From positions 1-26,006 of the IMG/VR virus record IMGVR_UViG_3300032302_000370: a DNA stretch of 26,006 bases. One strand, written 5' to 3'. This stretch comes from a virus (Duplodnaviria > Caudoviricetes). The notes below the pieces were generated by a model. That model saw only the letters and a list, made by a program, of their open reading frames with translations, searched no databases and had not been told where the DNA came from. The number at the start of each line of letters is the position of its first letter. Within the stretch, counting starts at the first letter, position 1. The translations under genes were made by a program, and so were the position numbers. Below are positions 18,401 to 26,006 of this stretch, piece after piece.

Positions 18401-19289
18401 ATCCAAAAGATGAAATAGCTAAAATATTTCCGTAATCATTTATTGCCACACTGAAACCAAAATTATCTGGAATATCATCTTGTATAATTGATCTATCTCC
18501 TGTAAATTTTTTAATAAAATTCCAAGTATTATTTTGTTTTTTAAATAAATAAGCTTCTCCTGGATTACCTAGAGCTTGACCGCCATCTTGATTTGCTCCT
18601 ACTAACAGTAGATCATTATTTTTATTAATATCTATTTGAGATGAGAACATTGCGTTTAGATAAGTTATTTTTTGCTGCAATAACCAATTATTATTAATTT
18701 TTTCGTAACAATTAATTTTATGAGTACGTGCATTTTGTGAGCTATTATACTCAAGGTTATTACAAAATAAAAAATTACCATCTTGACTAAATTTTAAATT
18801 GTCTCCAAAATAATGTCCACTTCCAGTTATAGATTGAACTAAAGAATAATTATTAGAATTATTTCCGCTATATATTTGAATCAAGTTTAAATCATCAAAA
18901 CCTCCACCAGTTGACCAAGACGACGCAGCAAGAAGGCTTCCATCTTCATTTATAGTTATACCTTTTCCAAATATGTTTAAATAAGAAAAATTATTTAAAA
19001 TAGTTTGCTGCTTTTGCCACCCCTGATTGCCGCTAACATATACATGAACTGCTCCAGAAGTACCATTAAAATGTGGTTCGGTTGCAAATATTTTATTTCC
19101 ATTATTGTTTATTTCTATACTATCCGCAAAAGTATAGGAAGTAGGATAATTTGATGTTAATGTATTACTTTTTGTCCAAACATCATTAATATTATTGTAT
19201 ATATGTATTTTATTATTAAATTTATCTCCAAAAACAGCTATATCCCCTGTTTTATTAATGCCAACAGAACCAAATGTAGTATTACTCAT
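15465..19289 (-). CDS. Large putative tail/adhesin protein: FG-GAP-like propeller, poly-Ser, RCC1-like repeats, second FG-GAP-like propeller, poly-Ser, Cys-rich tip
   Basis: Repeated FG..V.IN..G..LA...GAVYLY..W blades. RCC1-like ALL.DGTV.GWG...NLT.VK.I repeats at about 17170-18000. Ser tracts at 18120-18164 and 15588-15695. Four Cys in the last 39 aa. Confidence 0.8.
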   Translation of the reverse strand: MSNTTFGSVGINKTGDIAVFGDKFNNKIHIYNNINDVWTKSNTLTSNYPTSYTFADSIEINNNGNKIFATEPHFNGTSGAVHVYVSGNQGWQKQQTILNNFSYLNIFGKGITINEDGSLLAASSWSTGGGFDDLNLIQIYSGNNSNNYSLVQSITGSGHYFGDNLKFSQDGNFLFCNNLEYNSSQNARTHKINCYEKINNNWLLQQKITYLNAMFSSQIDINKNNDLLLVGANQDGGQALGNPGEAYLFKKQNNTWNFIKKFTGDRSIIQDDIPDNFGFSVAINDYGNILAISSFGYNSGENGGMNRGAVYLYSGNANEWSLYKKFIGQENQLFGGEVLSNLVNATKNIDLNGSGNIMVVNSANGAYIYSSQFLASSSSSSLSSSSSSSSKMIKDYVSVRMDKINETLLTEGSDIKKISTNNFFADYFFIDNQENLRFDGGRIYATGVKDYSILNYNDALIALLNDGTLSGYYTHPPMDIYPIASYITTGGNNLTGVKSVNLNSNGAFALLNNGTMTGWGTGDQYSNIDEIKTFFSKGNELSNIKKIFNQEIGSTRVCLILENNKVTGWAKQEKGNSLIDKIKNLNNQSKIVSDIQFTISDGFAVLFEDGTVSGYSAQAVDLNNPVYTEWNSFVTGANNFTEVKSIAVGGIPDHGLALLKDGTVKDWGGKLAPASYGVIEPTFYVTGFRNLKNVVAVQSSWPNSRALLSVDVPPNYPINSGKLLTGNRYFANNCAVNDAGNIMIVSSGNAALIYTEGGDKNWVQRVKLTGGRHINPTFFPTSEIFADNIFGQSVKNYNPNYPVDANYNSPFYPSINRGSYTDSDKLNLVSINELGNQVHIGGVKCDYTPILLENSRDYITNCYPCVWQFTSGAGKWTNDYIYSGTSIGYYPYRSNIPGYVGVIASSYYISEVAEKYNGSFKNFINKNGNILSLTEILTEGTVNNYYQNIKSLSGSIQNNFNLLINEAVLNFSINSGDKIIATEYSGYKLTPNDPTKKRFVVKIHEKDKINQITNYTSTIIDTGVLGGDDFFGCSVDLNAKGDVAIIAQNPKDINFGEMGAYIYSYNNAWEMAAFLPFSGTTTGDMQITSKLNDQGNIAFISYRNNYQNDVDNEPNRLDIWYSGNQDWKLGKTITGLGNYNIRDINPATRLTLKQFENINFDINKNGNKVVISTNPDMGMPGSDYYSGAIHTYADFNFGSSISSSSSSYSSSSSSSSSSSSLSSVFSSSSSSSISYCEDYQYFSTNEVMCPQENGTFLQVQPITLPNGLICYTCY
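15588..15695 (-). repeat. Poly-serine low-complexity tract (longest of five)
   Basis: 36 codons, nearly all Ser, using mixed TCN and AGY codons. The other tracts are at 18120-18164, 19384-19422, 19867-19923 and 23383-23418. Confidence 0.9.
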
Positions 19290-19296
19290 TTTTTAA

Positions 19297-19320
19297 CCTT
19301 TTTCCTATAGTAGATTACAC
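19297..19320 (-). promoter_or_regulatory. Conserved upstream motif GTGTAA-N9-GGAAAAAGG (candidate late promoter plus RBS)
   Basis: Minus strand reads GTGTAA TCTACTATA GGAAAAAGG TTAAAAA ATG. GTGTAA is also the last codon plus the stop of the upstream gene. Confidence 0.65.
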
Positions 19321-22300
19321 GCCATCATTTAATATAATTTGATTAAAGTATTCTGGCATATATGTAGGGGCAGATTGGGCCAAACTGCTACTACTAGAGC
19401 TTGAGACGCTTGAAGAACTGCTAGCTTGAACAGGGCATGGATTTTGATTTTCATTAACTAATATTTTAATACTATGCTCTGTGGTTCTGTTTTCTCTATC
19501 TATTATATATAACTTAACAGTAAATATTCCAGTCACATACCTTGGGAAAAACCCTACAAGTCTATTTTTTGAAATTTGTAAAGTAGAAAAAGGAGTAACT
19601 CCATATATGTATTTGATGTCTCCAAAAACATCTAAAGTTTCATCTATCCATTTATAATTATCAAATTCTAAAAATTTGTTTATTGTATATACATAATCAT
19701 TAACTGTATAATTATTAAATTTATTATTGATTGGATTTCCTACTGAATCTTCTAGATAAATAGGGTTTACATCAGTTAAATTATTTTTATAATCAAAAAA
19801 TCCTAATCTAAACGAATCAATATTTTTTTCTGTTTTTATAGTTTTAGTAACTTTAACATAAGTTTTACTTATACTACTACTACTGGCGCTGCTATTACTA
19901 CTTGAGCTACTTGAGCTACTGGAGTCTATTGATCCAGTAGGTACACAGGGATCTTTAATAATTTCAATTTCTAAAAATCCACTACCACAATGCGCGCCAC
20001 TTCTTCCAGGAGCTTCAATACACAAATATTTACCAGTAGTAAATCTTGTGGCAGAACCAGTTGCAGTAGGGTCATCAGGCTCTTCACTTTCTGGACTAAC
20101 CTCAACTTCAGAAGTTATGTTGTAAGATCCAGTAATTTTGACTTGACTAGAATCTATAAGATTATATTGTATATCTGGCGAATCTAAAGTTTTATTTTTT
20201 AAATAAACGTTTAATGGCTGAACATTTTTACTACTTACAATATCTTGCCAATTTATTCCGTCATTTGATCCTTGTAATTTTATAATTTCTGGCACCATAT
20301 AACTATACAATTCATACCTAGGGGTCAATGATAAACTAATATCATAAGATCCAAATTTTCCACTCACTAAAGACACAAAACTCACGGTTGTATCATTCTC
20401 TTCGGAAGCTATTCCAGATATCAATGGATTATTTATATGATTTGGAGTTTTAGAATATCTCATAGGAACCCATATTGGATAACTTTTTGCAGCTAATTTA
20501 TTATTAAATTTATTTATAAATTCCGCTCTACCGCTAAAATAATTTATTCCAGTTATTTTTTCGGAGAATATAAAAGATTCTTTTACGCCAGAAAATTTAG
20601 GTTTTTGATTATAAATTGTTTGATAAACATTTTCATAATTAAATGGATATTGATTGAATACTAAAGAATCTTTTTCTGTAAAATATTTTAAATCTAATTT
20701 ACCAGAATAATAACTCATATCATACTTTTGAGTCACTAAACTTCCAGGCAAATCATCCAAGAAGAATACAGATTTAAAAATACCACTATTTAAATTGACT
20801 ATACCAGAAGTTGATGTTGTAGGATTATACTCTAAATATAAACTTTTTAAACTGTCATCTGTTTCCTTACAAGGTGGCTTAACTTCTGGATCGTTAGATA
20901 CCAAACAAGAGCAGCAAAAATTAAATAATTCATCATTAAAAATTAATTCATAATAATTTGAATCGTCACTTTCTACATATGTAAAATACTCTTTATATTT
21001 CTCCCAATTTGTTAATAAATTTTTTCTAACAAGCATTGAGGTTTCGTTATTTTTAGATTTTCTTCTTGATTCGCTACAAATATAACATACAGATTTTGAA
21101 CATAATTTTTCGTAAGCGCCCAAAAAGCTTGAGCAAGACCAAGTCAAAGGCGTAGAAAATTCCTTATATTCAAAAGAAGGAGCTGTTAATACACCGCTTT
21201 CGCTTGTTAAGAAATCTACAGTAAAAGCATCAACGTCTTTAGTGTTTACTCCAGCAAAACCAGACCCAGAAATATATTCTTTATCTCTTAAGTCATAAGA
21301 AGCCCAAATCTCTTCTGGAGTTTGACTATATTCTATAATATATTTTTCTCCAGTTAATGGAGTTAGATTTACTTTTACTTTAGAGCTTATTTCATTTTGA
21401 GATTCAACTACTTCTATTTTTTGATTAAAAGAAGAGTCTATTACATTTATTTTTAAATACTGTTCGTCAATTCCCCAATCGTCTTCTATTTTAATTTTTA
21501 TATAAAAAATTCCGCTTTCATCTAAGAATCCATATATTTTTCCAGATGCATCTATTTTTAATCCATTTGGCAAAACGCCCACAGAGCGCATATAATTTGG
21601 AGAAATTATTTCTAATATTGCTCCAGAACCTAATGATACTTTAGCATTATAAGAACCATAAATTTTAATAATATCATTATTTTTTAATAAATAATTATTC
21701 TCATTGGTGCTAAAATCACTTGACCAATATGTTACTCCATTTTGTTCCATTGCATAAAAAAAGAAATTACCTTCACGATTTTCAACAGAAATATAAGAAG
21801 TATAATCTCCTGGAATATTGTTTGCTTCAATATTAAATATATCATTTATTCTATAACTATTAGAAAATTTTAATTTATAATTCGCAGCTAGCCCATTGTC
21901 GACACCATCCTTAAAATTAAATAGTCTAGCAAAAGAAGATACTATTTTTTCCCCAAAATATGGAGTGATCTGATATTCAAATAAATTTTTTGTTTCATGA
22001 TTAACCTCTAAAGGGCTATTAATTCTAGATGTTACATATAAATCTATAAGCTTTTCGGAAAAACCCGCATCATTTAATAATAATATTTTTAAAATAAAAT
22101 GCCCTACTTGATTTGGCGTGCCTTTTATAGTATAATTATCTATATATAGTCCTAAATCATAAGCGTTTCTTTCATCTGGATCTGGGTCTAAAAATACTAA
22201 TTCTAAACTTAAAGATCCACCTTCTATTAGGATTGGATAAGATACTTCTTCACCAATTTTTGCGTTTAGGTCATTTGTATTTAAAATTTTACTTAACACT

Positions 22301-25300
22301 TTAACTGCAAAACTAGCTTCCGCATCAGAGTATTCATTTTTTATTTTAAATGTAATATCATAAGTTCCATCAATCTTTGGCGCACCAGTCACCTTTCCAG
22401 TTGTGGAGTCTACATTTAATCCATTTGGCAATCCTTCAGCAAAATATAAAGTGGGCACGCCCAAAGAAGTTATTTGAAATTCGCTCAAAGCTACTCCATT
22501 ATAGATGAAACTTTGTTCATTTATAACGTATATAAGATCTTTAACTGCATTTGTTATTTTTAATTTTATTTTTAATCTTAAATTTATTGAATCAGATTCA
22601 ATTCCATTTTTTATAGCCGTAATTTTTAAAATAAATGTGCCAATTGAATTTTTTAAAGGAGTTCCTATAATAGGAGTTCCAGAAATCAAACCAGTAGTAG
22701 AATTAAAAGACAAACCATTTGGTATATTAACAGTATGATCTGTATCTAAATCTGTATTTCTGACGCAAGTATAACTTGTTGGAGATCCATCAGCCGTCAG
22801 TTGAAATGAGAATAAAGTTGATAATTCTCCTTCAACATAATTTACGTTAGTTATTTTTGGTTTTACATTGATTGTAATAGATGAAGATAGCGAGACACTT
22901 GATCCAGCTCCATTATTTTTTGAAATTACTATCGAACAACTAAATGGACCAGCAACACTTGGCGTTCCAAGTATTAATCCTGTTTGATTATTATAAATGA
23001 GTCCATTAGGCAAACCTGAAATACTGTACAAATCAGGACTTCCATTTGCTAAGATTTGAAAATTAAAAGGTTCATTTATGTTTGTTGATACTTGATTTAC
23101 GCTAGTTATATATAAAAAGTAAATTCTTAAAATTTTTGTTACATTTGAGAATCCATCGGATGCAGTTATTTTAATTTCATAATTTCCTATGCTATAATTT
23201 TCATCTGTAACAGTTCCGCTTATTACTCCATTTGTAGAATTAAACGATAAACCTTTTGGCAAAATTCCATCTATTGAATACGAAGAAGCTGGAAGACTTG
23301 TTGCGATTGCGTAGCTAAATGAAATACCTATTTTTCCTATAGCAATTGTTGGGCTAGTAATATCAAAAAAATTAATTGCAGTTGAGCTACTGCTCGAACT
23401 TGAAGAACTAGATTCAGAAACGTAATTATACAGATAAACTGCGCCGAGTCCATTTTCTTTGTCTGCTCCTACAATTCCTTGATTTCCAGATGCGTTTACA
23501 ACTACATTTTTTCCAAAATTTGCATTAAAGTTATCGCCTGAAAAAGTTTCTACTAAATTCCAATTTACATTACTGCCAGTATAAACATAAGCTTTTTCAA
23601 AATTACTATTTCCTACCATTAAAACATTTCCTTCTGAATTCAAATCAATAGAAGTATTTTTTTCAAAAAACTTTTCTGGTATATTATTGTTTAATTTATC
23701 AGTTATTGCTAATCTGTGCCTATCCCCAACCGCAACTTTTTTAGCTTTTTGTAGATTTTTATAACCTCTAGTCAAACTATAATCAACCCCGAAATTATCA
23801 GTATTATATCCCCAACCAGTTACATTATTGTTTATATCTATAGCAAAAGCAGATCTAGCACCCAAAGCTACATCAATAATATTAGATAAACCACTTATGC
23901 CAGTAAAAATTAGTTCATTAGAGCCCCAGCCAGTCAAAGTTTTATCCGTTAATAATCCTAAAACAGTGTGATCTTCTAGATAAATTTTTTCTATATTTGG
24001 TATTTGATATGGAGGTTTTGGATAATCCCCCCATCCCGTAATTAATCCATTATTTAAAACAGCAATACCTTCATGTTGATGTTTACTTGCAGCTAAACTT
24101 CTAATATTAGATAAATTGTTTGGTGTTATTAATAAATTACGATTAATATTCTCTGAGTCTCTCTTATAACCAGTTCTTCCCCATCCAGTTATTTTTCCAT
24201 CATTTAATTCTGCATAAGAATTTTCCCACCCTGCCCAAATTCTCTTTACTCCAGTTAAGTTGTTTCCGCCTGTAGCTATTCCAACATTCTCAGTAAAAAT
24301 AGAACCCAATATAACTGTACTACTATCATTGTATCCCCAGCCTGTTAATTTTCCATCATTAAGTATCGCTAAAGTATGATTTGATCCTACAGAAATGGCT
24401 TTGACTTCAGTTAAATAATTTCCAGCGGAAGCTTGAACCTCGGAAATCCCTCCCCAACCAGTGATTTTTCCATCTGCAAATAAAGCTACGTTGTGGCCAA
24501 AACCCGCACCAACATCAACAACATTATTCAAGTTTACTTCATCAAGCGAGCCTTCATAATTAAAACCCCAACCACTTACTGTATTTTCTATAGGATTAAT
24601 ATTTAATTTTTTCATCAAAAACCATTGATTATCGCCAGTGTCTTCATATACAAAAACTTGATTTTCGCTGCCAATACTTAAAATATTTCCACTAGTATTA
24701 AAAGCTACATCTGAACCAAAATGATCATACCCAGAGAAAATCTTTTTAATAATTAATTCTGAACCAAATTGTAGCGCATTATAATCATAAACATAAACAT
24801 ATCCATAATCTAGACTTCCTTTAAAAGCTGGAGCGCCTACAGCAAAAATATTTTTATTCTTATTTAAAGCTACGCTTGCACCAAAAAATTTTGAATTATT
24901 CAAACCGCCAGTGGCTGTACCTAAAATAGCCCAATCGTTTTTATTTGAATACAAATAAACTTTTCCAGTTTCTTTTATATTTCCTCCGTAATAAGGTGCA
25001 CCAACTAATAATTCTATATAATTATCGTTTGGATTATGATACAAATCAAAATCGTAACCAAAAAATTCATCTTTTGCGGGACTATTAATAATTTTAACAT
25101 CAGAATAATTCGTACCAGAATATATGTAAACGCATCCACTTGTGCCTATAATATTATAAAAATTTGAATCACTTATTAAGAATCCATTATCAACATCTAT
25201 ATTACCAGTATAGTTTCCAATTGCGCTTACAGCTAAAATGTTTCCATTTGAATTAATTTTAACACATTTACCATAAAAATCATCTCCAGTAAAATTAAAA

Positions 25301-26006
25301 TTACTTGTTTCATTTGATATATTACTTATAATTCTTTTTCCAGTAAAAGTTTTACTCAAAGACCAAGTATCATTATTTTTAATATAAACATGAGCAAAGC
25401 CACTATTAGAACTATATTGGGATACATTAGAATTTGCCGTAAAATTTGATATAATTGCTATATTTCCATTTTCATTTAAATCAGAAGAGTGTCCAATATT
25501 ATTTATTGTATTTGAATTAGACTCTCCTGTAATTTTTTCGTCTAAATATTTTGGATATCTTAAATTTTCTACAATTAAATTCCTGAAAAAAGATCCAGAA
25601 CTATAAAAAGAACTCTCTTCTTGGTAAGCGGTAATTAATGAGCTTCCAAAATTTTTAATTTTGATATTTCCACTGATGTCAATTGTTGCTACGTTTTGAT
25701 TGGAGCTTGCGTAATATATAGCGGAAGTTAAATTAGTTGAGGTTGCATTAATATTGAAATCTGCATCATTTTTATATTTATTTGGTATGCTATCAAAAGT
25801 AATAGTTGAATTTCTTTTTTTAATATTAAAAGTTTCAGTTTTCGTAATTGAATTGTAACAGTCGGTTCCAGCATTAAAAGACGAAATTAACGTTGATCCT
25901 CCACCACTTATTCTTAATTTTGGAATATTTGATTGGTAGTAAATAGAGCCATTAGAACTTGGAATTAATTGATATTCTAAAGTTTGGTTTCTGTCAGTCG
26001 TATTAG
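19315..26006 (-). CDS. Giant putative tail/adhesin protein, 5'-truncated by the window (>2229 aa): Ig-like (Big_2-like) domains, FG-GAP-like propeller with inserted RCC1-like repeats, 6 He_PIG repeats, Cys-rich region, poly-Ser linkers
   Basis: Manual translation finds no in-frame stop from 25360 to the window end, so the TTG start at 25359 in the ORF track is internal. The extension reads STITFDSIPNKYKNDADF..YASSNQNVATID.SG.I.I..FGSSLITAYQ (Ig-like). TGWG repeats lie at about 23701-24585, He_PIG repeats at about 21440-23365, and Ser tracts at 23383-23418, 19867-19923 and 19384-19422. Confidence 0.85.
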   Translation of the reverse strand, partial: NTTDRNQTLEYQLIPSSNGSIYYQSNIPKLRISGGGSTLISSFNAGTDCYNSITKTETFNIKKRNSTITFDSIPNKYKNDADFNINATSTNLTSAIYYASSNQNVATIDISGNIKIKNFGSSLITAYQEESSFYSSGSFFRNLIVENLRYPKYLDEKITGESNSNTINNIGHSSDLNENGNIAIISNFTANSNVSQYSSNSGFAHVYIKNNDTWSLSKTFTGKRIISNISNETSNFNFTGDDFYGKCVKINSNGNILAVSAIGNYTGNIDVDNGFLISDSNFYNIIGTSGCVYIYSGTNYSDVKIINSPAKDEFFGYDFDLYHNPNDNYIELLVGAPYYGGNIKETGKVYLYSNKNDWAILGTATGGLNNSKFFGASVALNKNKNIFAVGAPAFKGSLDYGYVYVYDYNALQFGSELIIKKIFSGYDHFGSDVAFNTSGNILSIGSENQVFVYEDTGDNQWFLMKKLNINPIENTVSGWGFNYEGSLDEVNLNNVVDVGAGFGHNVALFADGKITGWGGISEVQASAGNYLTEVKAISVGSNHTLAILNDGKLTGWGYNDSSTVILGSIFTENVGIATGGNNLTGVKRIWAGWENSYAELNDGKITGWGRTGYKRDSENINRNLLITPNNLSNIRSLAASKHQHEGIAVLNNGLITGWGDYPKPPYQIPNIEKIYLEDHTVLGLLTDKTLTGWGSNELIFTGISGLSNIIDVALGARSAFAIDINNNVTGWGYNTDNFGVDYSLTRGYKNLQKAKKVAVGDRHRLAITDKLNNNIPEKFFEKNTSIDLNSEGNVLMVGNSNFEKAYVYTGSNVNWNLVETFSGDNFNANFGKNVVVNASGNQGIVGADKENGLGAVYLYNYVSESSSSSSSSSSTAINFFDITSPTIAIGKIGISFSYAIATSLPASSYSIDGILPKGLSFNSTNGVISGTVTDENYSIGNYEIKITASDGFSNVTKILRIYFLYITSVNQVSTNINEPFNFQILANGSPDLYSISGLPNGLIYNNQTGLILGTPSVAGPFSCSIVISKNNGAGSSVSLSSSITINVKPKITNVNYVEGELSTLFSFQLTADGSPTSYTCVRNTDLDTDHTVNIPNGLSFNSTTGLISGTPIIGTPLKNSIGTFILKITAIKNGIESDSINLRLKIKLKITNAVKDLIYVINEQSFIYNGVALSEFQITSLGVPTLYFAEGLPNGLNVDSTTGKVTGAPKIDGTYDITFKIKNEYSDAEASFAVKVLSKILNTNDLNAKIGEEVSYPILIEGGSLSLELVFLDPDPDERNAYDLGLYIDNYTIKGTPNQVGHFILKILLLNDAGFSEKLIDLYVTSRINSPLEVNHETKNLFEYQITPYFGEKIVSSFARLFNFKDGVDNGLAANYKLKFSNSYRINDIFNIEANNIPGDYTSYISVENREGNFFFYAMEQNGVTYWSSDFSTNENNYLLKNNDIIKIYGSYNAKVSLGSGAILEIISPNYMRSVGVLPNGLKIDASGKIYGFLDESGIFYIKIKIEDDWGIDEQYLKINVIDSSFNQKIEVVESQNEISSKVKVNLTPLTGEKYIIEYSQTPEEIWASYDLRDKEYISGSGFAGVNTKDVDAFTVDFLTSESGVLTAPSFEYKEFSTPLTWSCSSFLGAYEKLCSKSVCYICSESRRKSKNNETSMLVRKNLLTNWEKYKEYFTYVESDDSNYYELIFNDELFNFCCSCLVSNDPEVKPPCKETDDSLKSLYLEYNPTTSTSGIVNLNSGIFKSVFFLDDLPGSLVTQKYDMSYYSGKLDLKYFTEKDSLVFNQYPFNYENVYQTIYNQKPKFSGVKESFIFSEKITGINYFSGRAEFINKFNNKLAAKSYPIWVPMRYSKTPNHINNPLISGIASEENDTTVSFVSLVSGKFGSYDISLSLTPRYELYSYMVPEIIKLQGSNDGINWQDIVSSKNVQPLNVYLKNKTLDSPDIQYNLIDSSQVKITGSYNITSEVEVSPESEEPDDPTATGSATRFTTGKYLCIEAPGRSGAHCGSGFLEIEIIKDPCVPTGSIDSSSSSSSSSNSSASSSSISKTYVKVTKTIKTEKNIDSFRLGFFDYKNNLTDVNPIYLEDSVGNPINNKFNNYTVNDYVYTINKFLEFDNYKWIDETLDVFGDIKYIYGVTPFSTLQISKNRLVGFFPRYVTGIFTVKLYIIDRENRTTEHSIKILVNENQNPCPVQASSSSSVSSSSSSSLAQSAPTYMPEYFNQIILNDGV

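Noticed and set aside
2662-22738. Short ORFs in the track (2662-2862, 6793-7008, 11185-11367, 14658-14840, 15503-15796, 16070-16255, 17328-17525, 19990-20187, 22505-22738)
   Set aside because: All are nested antisense or out of frame within long, motif-bearing genes and have no recognisable features.
25357-25359. TTG start for the 2014-aa ORF
   Set aside because: The frame stays open to the window end and continues the same domain types, so the true start is outside the window.
1-26006. Stop-codon reassignment (alternative genetic code)
   Set aside because: Long intact ORFs tile the window in the standard code, and TAA, TGA and TAG each terminate genes at sensible positions.

Overview
AT-rich, densely coding, standard-genetic-code segment that most likely comes from a large tailed bacteriophage: replication genes sit beside giant adhesin-like genes and there is no cellular housekeeping context. 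Two modules converge at a shared TTAA double stop (8068-8071). The left, + strand module holds the 3' end of a DEDDh exonuclease, a 74-aa ORF and a C-family DNA polymerase (DnaE) without its PHP domain. It continues with a Whirly-like putative ssDNA-binding protein, three glycosyltransferase genes (GT4-DUF4214-GT9N fusion, GT-A DxD, GT9C) and a Rad52/ERF-like annealing protein. The right, - strand module holds six putative virion/tail genes. Three of them are giant mosaics of beta-propellers (FG-GAP-like, RCC1-like) and/or He_PIG Ig repeats, two with poly-Ser linkers, and the last ORF runs off the window end (>2229 aa). Two regulatory motif classes are visible: TTGACA-N17-TAnnnT-N6-ATG (leaderless, left module) and GTGTAA-N9-GGAAAAAGG (right module). 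The best candidate for a new system is a phage glycosylation module (three GTs including a split GT9) paired with structural proteins strongly enriched in S/T-G dipeptides and poly-Ser tracts. All family calls come from motif recognition by eye; no searches were run. I saw no tRNA, rRNA, CRISPR array, intein, IS element or reverse transcriptase.
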